This document shows, piece after piece, positions 53,476 through 64,000 of a stretch of DNA of 64,000 nt. Below the pieces are notes generated by a model, which had not been told where the DNA came from, ran no database searches, and saw only the letters and a program-made list of their open reading frames with translations. Every line of letters begins with the position of its first letter. Within the stretch, counting starts at the first letter, position 1. The DNA comes from the human T2T-CHM13v2.0 reference genome, Homo sapiens, in the NCBI RefSeq assembly GCF_009914755.1, contig NC_060927.1; one strand, written 5' to 3'. Both the position numbers and the translations under genes were made by a program.

Positions 53476-54659
53476 TCAAGACTGTTCGTTTTAAGCACCC
53501 AAGGAGGCAAGAAAAGCCCCATCTTTCTCTGCTACATCCCGTGTCACTTCACACCTATTTTAAAGGGGCCCATTGCATCATCTAATCCTTCATTCCATTT
53601 ATACAACAGTGTGTATTAGTCTAAATAGATTAGTTCACCCAGGCCCTTCAAAGCTTTCTCTGTTTGTGAGATGAAAGCCTTTGTCTCTCCCTAAAGCAAT
53701 TTTAAGCATCAGTGAACAAGTGGGGGAACTAGATTTTTGGGTTACGCATGCAGAAAGCTTTTCACAGCCTGTTGTCATCCATTTGTAAAGAGGCCACTCT
53801 GCTGGCATTTGTCAAAATCCTGTAGGTCCTTGCACACCTGGAGAATCCTGGATGGTCTGGGGATGGCCACTGCCCACAGGGCAAGATCTGGGGATGAAAG
53901 AAACCTAGTCACTAGCTATCACCTGCCTTTCTGAGGCCTCTGTGGAGGGGCTGCCAGGTGTTGGTATAGGCACTTGACAAACAGGGTGTGCCTTAGGTTG
54001 GGAGGGGGAGGCTGGAGGCTTGAGGGCTGCAGGTGCATCTTCCAGGATAACAAGAATGCTCTGGCCACTGGGGTCTGTTCTGTTGTATGCACATGGGATA
54101 AAGGTGTGCCAATCTCTTCCTGCTTTCATGCAGAGTAAATAATGCTGACAGGAGTGAATAATAATGATCTTTGTGCAGAAGAAGGGGTTTTTCAGACAAA
54201 GCACTAGCAGCTAGAGATGGGAGATGAAACAGAATAGAATTTTAGTGTAGCAAGTTAAACACAAGGGAGGAATTTCATGGGACTGTCTGACTGAGGCGAT
54301 TTGATGTCTGTCTGTAGGAGGCCAGGTTGAGAGGCCTAGGTTAGATTATCCTTGATCTGTTAGTCAATAAATATAACAGGATACAGTCAAGAGAATACAA
54401 TTTTACAGGAAAATGATAATAACATAATTCAGGAAAGTTGCTTTCTTCTAAAACAGAGGTAAGAGTAGAGAGGGAGGAGCACATAGATGTTACTGGTAGT
54501 GGTCTAGTTTTGGGGTGGGTGATGGGTTCATGGGTGTTTATTATGTTTCAGTAAAAAATCTGTCTTAAATATTACAATAAAATCTTTTATTACATACAAT
54601 CTTTTATCAAGTAGGTTACACTGTTTTCTGCTATTTTCTTGTACGAACGAATATTGACT

Positions 54660-56140
54660 ATATCCTTTCTCATCATTTCCCTTTTTCTACTAGATAATTC
54701 CCATCAACATAAAAACATGCCTTCATCATTTTCCTCTTCAGCTTTGACCATTTTCTCTGCTTCCCTTTATTGCCAAGCTCTTTAAAAGAGTTGCCTATAC
54801 CTGCCACCTCTAATTTCCCTCTTCCAAATCTCTTTTTAATATACTTGAACCAGGCTTTCATCCCCACCACTCTACTGAAATGACTTGTGTTAAAGTCCCC
54901 AATGACATGCTGTTAAATCCAAAATCATCTCTCAGCCTCGGCTCAACCTATCAGCAGCCTTTGACCCTGTTGATCACTTTCACATGCTTGAAACATTTTC
55001 TTTCCTTGGATTCCAGGACATTAGACTCTTGGTTTTTCTCCTTCCTCATTGGCTGTTCTTTCTCAGTCTCTTTTGCTTGTTCTTCCTCCTCTCCCTGGCA
55101 CTTTAATCTTGGAGTGCCCTAGGATTTACACTTGGACTTCTCTATCTACATGCACTCTCTTTTTTATCTCATCCAGTTTCATGTTTTGGATACTACATTT
55201 ATGTCTTCAGCCCTAATCCTTCCCTAAATACCACATTAGAACATCCAACTGTTTACTCTGCACCACTGGATGTCTATTAGGCTTCTCAGGCTTAATACAC
55301 CCCAACTGCACTCTAAGATTCCTCTCCAAACCAGTTCCTCCAGGCTTCCTCATAGAGGCTAAAAACCTTGGCATTATCCTTGGCTGCTTTTTCTCTCACA
55401 CCTTAAATCCAATCAGAGCAAATGCTATTGGCTGTATCTCCAAAAGTCATTCAGAATTGGAGCACTTCTCTCCACTTCCATCACCTTGGTCCAAGCAAAC
55501 TTCATCTCTTACCCGGACCACTACAATGGCTTCCTAACCTGTCTCCCTGTTTCCGCCCTTCCCTTCCAGGGGTCTGTTCTCATCACAGCTGCAGGATCGA
55601 ATTACTGAAAACCTAAGACTGATCATGTCATTCCTCTGTTTAGAACCCTCAGTGGCTCCCACCTTATGCAAGTAAAAGTCAAAATAACCCACAGGCCCTT
55701 AAACTCTCTGAACCCATCATTTTCTCTTTTCTCCTTCATCACTTCCCTCCAGCCATGCTGGCCATCTTATTATCCCTCAGAAAGGCCAGACCCTCTCCTG
55801 CCTCAAGACTTGTGCACTTGCATTTCATCTGCCTGGAACATGATTTCCTCAGGTATCCACAGGGTTCATTCCTTAGCACCTTCGGTTTTGTATCCAAATG
55901 TGACCTTCTAAGGGAGTCTTATCTGACTCTTTTAAGTTGAACACCAATATCCCTTCCAACTCCTCCCTTGCTTTATAATCATTACATACTATGTATTTTT
56001 AAATTTTTGTTTTATTGATTTCTCTATATTTTTTCACTGGAGTGCATGCGATTCTGTTTGTTTTAGTCACCGCTGTATTTCGAGAGCCTCGAACAGAACT
56101 GTGCACATAATGGGTACCATAAATATTTGTTTACTGAATT
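54660..56140 (+). mobile_element. L2 (L2a-like) long 3' fragment
   Basis: CCACTCTACTGAAATGACT...GATCATGTCATTCCTCTG...AAATATTTGTTTACTGAAT. Confidence 0.8.
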
Positions 56141-56624
56141 AAATTCTCCTTTTTTTTCTCTCCTTCCACCTTGTTTCCCCTTCCTTCCTTAAGAGGGCCT
56201 TCTGAAAAATGATACTTTAGTGTCCATTCAGCTTTGCATGTTCAGTATCTTAGGGACTAAAGTTCTATCTGGCCAAGTAACCATAGGTCTGGCACCAGAG
56301 AGTGGGAATCCTGACGGTCTTCTTACCATCTCAGCCTTATAATAAATATCAACTGTCTCATACTATCTCTGAGCTCAGAGAGTCAGTTCTCCCTATCCTA
56401 TGTGGCTTATATTGTGGGTCACTTTCCCCAGATCTTAAATGTGCCATTTCATAGGAGGAAACGAGAGTGACCCTGTCCCACCTGCTGCTTGGATCATGGT
56501 GAGGCTGGGGCTGAGCAGTGATGATGGGTACACCATACTCAGGTTCAGCACAATTCTGTGATTTAGCTGTGGGGTGTGGTTGTTAGACTCCCCGTGGAGC
56601 CAGTCAACCCTGTGTACATAAACT

Positions 56625-57290
56625 CCTTTCACATATACATTTGTTTTCTTTTGCTGCATTGCAAATTACCACATACTTAGCAGCTTAAAACAACACAGAT
56701 TTCTGATCTCAGTTTCCACAGGGCAGGAGTCTGAGTGGGTTAGCTGGGTCCTCCGCTAAGGGTCTTGCCCAGCTAAAATCCAAGTGTTGGCTAGGGCTGT
56801 GCTCTCATATGAGCCTTAGGGTCCTCTTCCATATTCATTGGTTGTTGACAAAATTCAGTTCCTTGGGGATGTAGGACTGAAGTCCCTATTTTCTTGCTGG
56901 ATTTTGGTCAGGGATTGTTCTCAACTCATAGAAGCCACTTTCACGTCGTAGTTCCATGGCCCTGGAATGGCAGTTTACGACACTGATGTTTGCTTTCTTC
57001 CAGGCCAGCAGAGGCACCTGTTGTTGTTTCTTTTGTCTGTTTTTTAAGGCTTACTGGATTAGGTCAGATCCACCCAGGATAACCTCCCTTTTGACTAACT
57101 CAAAGTCAACTGATTAGGGACCTTAATTACATCTGAAAGTTCTCTTTTGCCACAGAATATTAATCACAGGAATGAAATCTCCTCATATTCATAGGTCTCA
57201 CCCAGACTTACAGCGATGATGAGATTATACAGGGCATGTACACCAGGGGGTGGAAATGTTGGAGGCCATCTTAGAATCCTGCCTACCACA
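56625..57290 (-). mobile_element. MaLR LTR (MLT1E-like)
   Basis: AAATTACCACATACTTAGCAGCTTAAAACAACAC...GGCCATCTTAGAATCCTGCCTACCACA. Confidence 0.8.
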
Positions 57291-58407
57291 ATATGCCTCT
57301 TTATGAAAGAAACTGATGGGAAGGTCCGTTACCTCTCTTCAGAGTTGAAACCATTGAGACGACAAGCACAGCTACTCATTGTGGTTCTGGATCCCCTCCT
57401 CTTCCTGCTACCTCTGTGTGTAGTCTTTTTCTAGAACCTAGGAGAGCAACACCTCCTATAACCACTCAATTATGAGAAACAAACCACAAAATTCCACATA
57501 AATGAAAATGTCTACCTAATCAAAGTCTACTTCTTTAAGGATTTGAGTGATTGGGGTGGGGGGAAAGGAGAATATTTGTCACTGGGAGGCAGGGTGAGTT
57601 GTGTGGACACGGTTCCTTCCTTCTTGACACCTGTGTCTTCTGTGGCTGCCCTGATTCTACTTAGGACTCCCCTAGGCTGTATGGCATCTTCACATACATT
57701 AGAAAAAGGTGGTCGCTCAGGGGCAGACATACCCCCTTGGGCATATGGCCTGACAAGTAGGGTAGGAGCTGAACTTCAGCCCACTCTCACCCCTCAGAAA
57801 ACTGCCTGGTTTTCCTGCCTCCAGAGCCTTCTATTTCTGTTCCACATTATTCATCTTCTAAATATGCACAACACTCCCTTGCTCCCCACCATCACACACA
57901 CACACACAAAAAAAAAAAAAAATAGAGAGAGAAAAGAAAAGAAAACCTCCTCAGTCCTTGGTTTTCTCTCTGTCTTCCCTTCATGAGAATTCCTATCCTC
58001 CTAAGGATAGAAGTTTTCCAGCTAGCTGTCTGCGTGGATGACTCAAATCTACACCTAAAGTCTCAACCTCCCTGCTCAACTCAGTCCCTTGTCCAAATGT
58101 CCTGGACCTCATTCAAACAAGTTCACAAAGGGCACATCATCTTCCCCAGGGCCAGCCTCAGACATTCATAGTGCTGTCAGTGGAGACATCCTCCTCCCTC
58201 TTACCCCACTACAAAGCTAAGAATCACCCTTAGCCACTCCCCTCTGCCTCTCCTCACACAGCCCATATGCTTCTCACCTACAGGTACCGTGCCTTTGTCC
58301 ATTTCTTGCCAGTGTCACTGCTCCACACTGATCTAAGCCCTTAGCATCTTACATTCACCCTGTGTTTCAGTGGTTTTCTGATCACGGTCTCCTCCGTTTC
58401 CTCTCCC

Positions 58408-58632
58408 AGTGGTTCTCAACTTGGGGGTAGTTTTGCATTTCTAGGGTACATGTGGCAATGTGTGATGACATTTTTGGTTATCACAAGTGGGAGTGTGATA
58501 ATAGCCTGCTGTTAGCATATGGAGGGTAGGGGCCAGGGCTGCTGCTAAACATCCTACAAAAGAGAGGACAGTCCCCCCAACAAATAATTATCCTACCCCA
58601 AATGTCAGTTGTGCTGGGATAAAGAAACTCTG
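58408..58632. mobile_element. MER20 DNA transposon
   Basis: CAGTGGTTCTCAAC...GGCCAGGGCTGCTGCTAAACATCCTACAA...AGAAACTCTG. Confidence 0.8.
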
Positions 58633-61600
58633 ACCTATGTCAATTCCTCCAAGCTTCCTGAATGATATACCCTTACTCTTCTTAAGAAAATGCACTGTGC
58701 GCATATTGCCTCCTCACTGGAAAAACATTATTTCCCATTTCCTATATGCACATGTCTACTTCTGCTTAAGATGATCTCCCCCTTCCTTTTCTATGCCAAT
58801 GTATCTTCCGTTTCTCTTAAGGCCCATAGCAAGCTCTCCAGCCTGTGTGCTGGGCTAGTCTCCATTTGTCCCGCTAGGTCCACTCTGTAGTCTTCTCTAA
58901 CCTGGTATCTGCACAAGAATTGTATCTCCTGGGCTTCCTTGCTCTCTAGTAACTGGTTGGATTTGGCCTATTGGAGGTATCAGCAGGTGATCAGACATTG
59001 GGTACTTATTTCCCAGCTCCCAAACTGAGCTTCTTGCCTTGCCTCCATAGCCTCAGCTACTGTCTAGCACCTCATCTTCCATGGAATCAGTTCTCATGTG
59101 GCTCCAATATCATCATTTCCTCCCTTGCCCTTTCAGGTCTAGGGGTGGTAATGGCTTCCCACAATTGCTAGTCCCTAAGTTCACCACTGTGATTGATTTG
59201 CTCAACTCTGCCCATTCTTCAGTAAATATTTCCTTAGTTAAACTCTCTCTAGTATGCCATCTGCTTCCTGCTGGATCCTCAATGATGCTCAGTCACTTGA
59301 GGAGTTTCTCTTCTCTTGGATCTCATACAAAACTTACAGTTGGGACCATTCCTCTGTCATTCAGCATGTACACCTTGATATTGCTCTGATCCACTTACAT
59401 CCAGTATTTTCATGGTTTCTAACCATGTTGCGAACTCCTGTGGGTCAGGGCTATTTAATACAACATTTCCACTCTCTTCACATAGTGTTGTGCTCAATCA
59501 ATGTTTACCAATGAAAATTATAATAATATGCTGCATGAGGGACTCTAAGTAAAACTGGGGATTTCTCTACTGGCTTCCTTCCTTGAAACCTGTATTCCCT
59601 CCCTCCAAAGCCCTTTGCTGCGTTATGCTATGCCTCGTCTGCAGGGAGCAAATATTCTATGTGCTCCCTACATCTAAAGCCCGCTGCTGCATCAAACATG
59701 TGCTTCATAAATGCCTTTCTGTCCCACGATTCACTTCAATTAGTTTTTATTTAAATATTTAATGACGTAAAAAGTGATGTGTCTTCTTAGGGAATCTTGG
59801 TAAAGTACAGGGATGTAATCAAATGGCTTGCAAATTATACTTATTTATTTATAACTCTAATTTTAAAAGGACCAGAGTTATGAAATTATGAAAGGGATGT
59901 TCACATTTCACAGAAATGTTATCCTAAGGAATGAGGGACAATTATTCCTAGGAAAAGGGGCCAATGCCAGATCATTTCCTAGAGTTATTGCGTCTTATCC
60001 GTCAGTGTTGTAATGGTTTTTGTGGGAGCAATTTAAAAAGGTTTTTCTTCTGCTCTCTGCCAAATATGTCTCCATCTGCCTAATTCTGCTGTGAGGGTCT
60101 CCGTTTAACCTCAGGACTCTGGTTATTTTCATGCCAAAAATCTACACCCAAAGTCTGTTTCCTCTTTACCAGAATGATGAACGAGATGATTAGAGAGGAA
60201 TAGTAGACATTTTGGTTCATAGTCCACCTTGATAATTTCATGGAAAGGCTTGGCAAATATGAAGCTGAAATATAGGCTAAGTGACGAGGGCCATGTTGTG
60301 ATTTTTGTGGGCAGAAGGCACTTTGCCTTCTTGGACCTTTTCCTCCATTAAGAAAATGAAAAATCATATTTTATGACTGTTTTGGAATAATGGCAAATAC
60401 ATGAATATAATATGTTAAAACATCTTGTGTACCCCTAAGAGTATTTTGGTCCCTAGCTACTGTGTCTCCTGTGCCTAATGAATGAGTTGGCCCTGTTTGC
60501 GAGCAGTGGGAAAAGAATGTATCTTAACTCCTTTTTCAGGGTCTAAAGATACCAAGGTGCCAATCTGTTCTGAATGATGGCTGAGTTGGGAGGTTATAAT
60601 CATAAATAAGGCAAATTCCTGTTCTTCCTCTGAGAGGCTTTGGAGGGCTTTGGAGGGGTGGGCAGCTATGGACCACAAAGCTTGGGCACCTCCCAAACAT
60701 GGGCTGCTCATCTCTTCACCTTGTCCTAGAGTTGACATCACCTTCTCCATATGTGACAGATAGTGTTACAGTCTCTACTCTGGGAGGGTCCAGGGTGACC
60801 ACTGTCCCCATTCCATAGATGGGGAGCCTCAAGCATGGTGAGATGAGCCTGGGTAACTTGCTCTTCTGCCTTGATTCAGATTCTAATGCCTTGCTGCTTT
60901 CTTGGCAGCAGGAAGGAAACATCTTTAAAATATTTTTTCTGACTATAAAAGTGATACTGGTTTATTATGAAATTTTGAAAAATATAAGAATTTGAGAGAT
61001 TTTTAAAAAACTACTCCCTTGATCATACCTCCAGGAGCCAACCACTGCCAACTGCTTCATGAGGTTGTATAAATGGGTGCACCATACCATGGGTGGGATA
61101 GGACTATTTGACCTCCTGGGAGCCAGCCCAGGAGTGCCTGTCATTGCTGCTATTTCTGCCTGATGTCTCCCTCAACTGTAAAATGGCTGGATTTTGTAAT
61201 ATCCTCCCCTCAAATGCTTACAAGCTACAATGTTAACTGGAAAGGCAGATTGCAGAATTTTTATACAGTATGATCTCAGGTATGAAGAAACATGCATAAA
61301 AAATTGAGGAAAGTAATAGATAATTATGTCAACAGTGGTATTAGCTGTCCCTCAGCCATGGGAGCTCCTGTATGGGTGAGGAACAGCTTTTTGGGGGGAT
61401 GGTTGCTTTCCAGCACCACACAACATCCCCCAGAAGGCAATTTTCTCATTTTCCTTTGAATACAATTGCCCCTGTTTGCAATCCTTAGAAGGGGGCAAGA
61501 GGAACCGTGATGCCTCCATGCCTGAACCTCAGACCTTTGGAGGTTGTTGTCCTCTTTCATCTCCTCTTCCCTGTGCCCACTCATGAAGCAGCAGTTTCTG

Positions 61601-63100
61601 CAGGTTCCTATTTGTATTCGAGGCTGGCAGTGGGTTTTCCTAGCTATCCTCTTGGGAACATGAATCTATTCTCTACATAAAAGCAAAGATACGATTAAAG
61701 CTACGCATCAGAGAGCAATGAAGGGAACTAACGACTCCACATTACCATGGAGAGGATGCTATAGAACAAGGTCAGTTTCTGCTAGGAGACTCTTCTTACT
61801 GTTGCCACAAATGCAGAAGAACAGCTCCTGGTGCCTCTGCAGCCACTCAAGCCTGGCTTATCCGAGAGTGACAGGCATCTGCAGACAAAATATTTTGTCT
61901 TCCTCAGCAGCTTGATCCAGTGTTTTACCATGTTTCCCTTAGCTCATACCTACATATTGCCTAGTAAAGTCATCATCCCATGTCTGTTTTCCCTGATGAA
62001 GACAAGACAGAGAACATTGGCCTGTGCATTTCCACAGGATAACCTTCCAAAACTTGATGCTGGGTTGCTTCTAAAGTGTCTATATCAAGCCCTGAATATT
62101 AGCATACTACCAGATTAAGGAACTTTGAGTCTAAGTGGTACATTCAATAATTTAATTCAACAACTATTTGTTTGAGCATCTGCTATGTGCTAAGCAGGAA
62201 AGAAATAGTCAAGGGGAACACAGTCTGCACCAGAAGTCATCAGCATGTGCTACATCAGATGCTGTGTTCAAAGATCCCACGTCCTCTTTTGGTTTTTAAA
62301 GTGAGCTTTGAAGTCAGATAAACTTGGGTCTAATTCATTTTTTGCCACTTACTTCTTCTGTTACCTAGGCTAAGCTACTCAACTTGCATGGGTCTCAGTT
62401 TTGTTGCCTACAAAGTAGGGATAATAATACGTATTTCACAAGTTGTAGAATAAATAAAATTATTTAAGGAAAAAACAATTCCTAAGGTGGAAGTTACTCT
62501 GTAAATGTTGCTCCTTCCTTCAGGTTTTATAATGATTTGCTTATGGGGACATCAGAGATATTGAGTATCATATAAAATTGGTTTTTAATTTGAAAATGTA
62601 AATTTTTACATGTATTGTTTACTTTGTGGATTAACTATAATTCCAGATTGGCTTCCACAAACTCAGGTTATGACTTATCATTTAATATGCCAGTAGTCAT
62701 TTGTTTATCCAACAAATATTTAAATATCTTTTATGGCATAGTCAATGTATGTGTGGGGAATAAAAGCTGCCTTTGATATAAGCTTAGTCCAGACATGTTC
62801 AGGAAAGAAAATCTGCCATGAAGAAAATCCTGTATGGAAGGCATTTTCAGGACAGTAGAAGATGGGTTCAGAGAAGCAGGGCTACCAGCAGAGACACTCC
62901 TCAAATGCTAGCAGAAAAAAACCCTAACAAATGCCTGACTGCAGAAGAATCCTGGGAGCCTGGACTTGCCTCTCATTCTTGAATTGCATTTATTCTGGGA
63001 ACTAAGCAGAGTGCTGTGTCAATCTGCTATGAGGGAGGCAGAATTATAAATAGAATATGTGCTACAAATAGAAAGTGAGATGAAAGATGGCATTTTTGGG

Positions 63101-64000
63101 CTTTCACGGCTTCCCCCCACCCCCCGCCCCCACCTCCTTCAGCAGAGGGAGAAGTCATCCAGTTTTGGTGAAGGCAAAAAATTCAGAAGCCATCATTCCA
63201 AGAGCAGTGGAAGGAAGGGAGGAAGGAGAAAGTATGAAAGTGGTGAAAAGTATAGAAGTGGGAAGAGTTGAGTGAGATGTGAATAGAGGGGTGGGAGGGT
63301 AAGCTGGCCTCCCGGGCAGATGAGAGGAAACCAAAGAGAAAAGCCCAGGGCTAGGACACAGAATGAAGATTTACCCAGCTGGAGAGAAACTTGAAATAAC
63401 AAGATAGTAACAACACATGGCCAGACAGGGATTGGGTTGGAAAAGAATTAAAAAGCTTAAACCCTAAAAATGGAATTAGGTGGGAAGGCTAATGTGACTG
63501 TGAGATAAAAGACCCAGGCCTGATCAGTAACATTCCCAGGTAGCTCCATTTACCCTTTTCCCCAAAGCAGACCTTGACCTTCAGCTTTCAAGGTGAAACT
63601 TGGCCTTCACCTTTCAAGGCGAATATCTTCAAAGGTATTTTTGAATCTGTAATGAGGTGTCATTTCATCACGTATGGGGAAGGGTGTTCTACCTGTGGTT
63701 GAGGAAGCCTTAGTGGGAAAAAGTCTTGAAGTTGGAGGTGGGTTCTGGTCCCAGCATTGCCATCAACTAGATATGTGACCTCAAACAAGTCACCTGACTA
63801 GCCTCTGTGAGCTGGGTTTGGATATCATCTCTTCCATGAACTGCCTGTTTAATCTTGGTCTATTTACTTCCTTTATCTGTAGACTTTCACAGCTTTCTTC
63901 CCTTCAGCAGAGGGAGAAAAGCCATCCATCCAGTTTTGGTGGAGGCAAGAAATTCAGGAGCCATCATTCCAAGTTAAGTGAAAGGGAAGGAGGAAATAAA
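63101..64000. repeat. Diverged direct repeat (63101-63224 and 63884 to window end)
   Basis: CCTTCAGCAGAGGGAGAA...CATCCAGTTTTGGTG.AGGCAA.AAATTCAG.AGCCATCATTCCAAG occurs twice, offset about 765 bp. Confidence 0.9.

Noticed and set aside
52600-64000. KALRN exons
   Set aside because: No kalirin-like coding sequence seen; the region is repeat-rich and looks intergenic.

Overview
This is primate, almost certainly human, genomic DNA: Alu, L1, L2, MIR and LTR repeats with GT-AG spliced genes. It matches the CCDC14-ROPN1 locus, which I recall lies at 3q21.1 upstream of KALRN. On the minus strand are the first nine coding exons and CpG-island promoter of CCDC14 (4974-21442; the gene continues off the left edge). 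Also on the minus strand is the complete 212-aa ROPN1 CDS in five coding exons (29282-40608), with probable non-coding first exons near 51 kb and at a CpG island near 52.2 kb. I checked all coding exon phases by hand and they join in frame. The rest is intronic or intergenic and repeat-rich, and most ORFs in the supplied track are spurious. I found no convincing novel multi-gene system. The most interesting small-scale signals are: a TSD-flanked retroposed 5' half of tRNA-Arg(ACG) with a possible pre-tRNA leader; a combined direct and inverted duplication just upstream of the large CCDC14 exon, which has an in-frame internal donor; a 39-bp VNTR between the two ROPN1 start regions; and possible ROPN1-to-CCDC14 read-through. 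Repeat subfamily names come from memory of consensus sequences and their boundaries are approximate.
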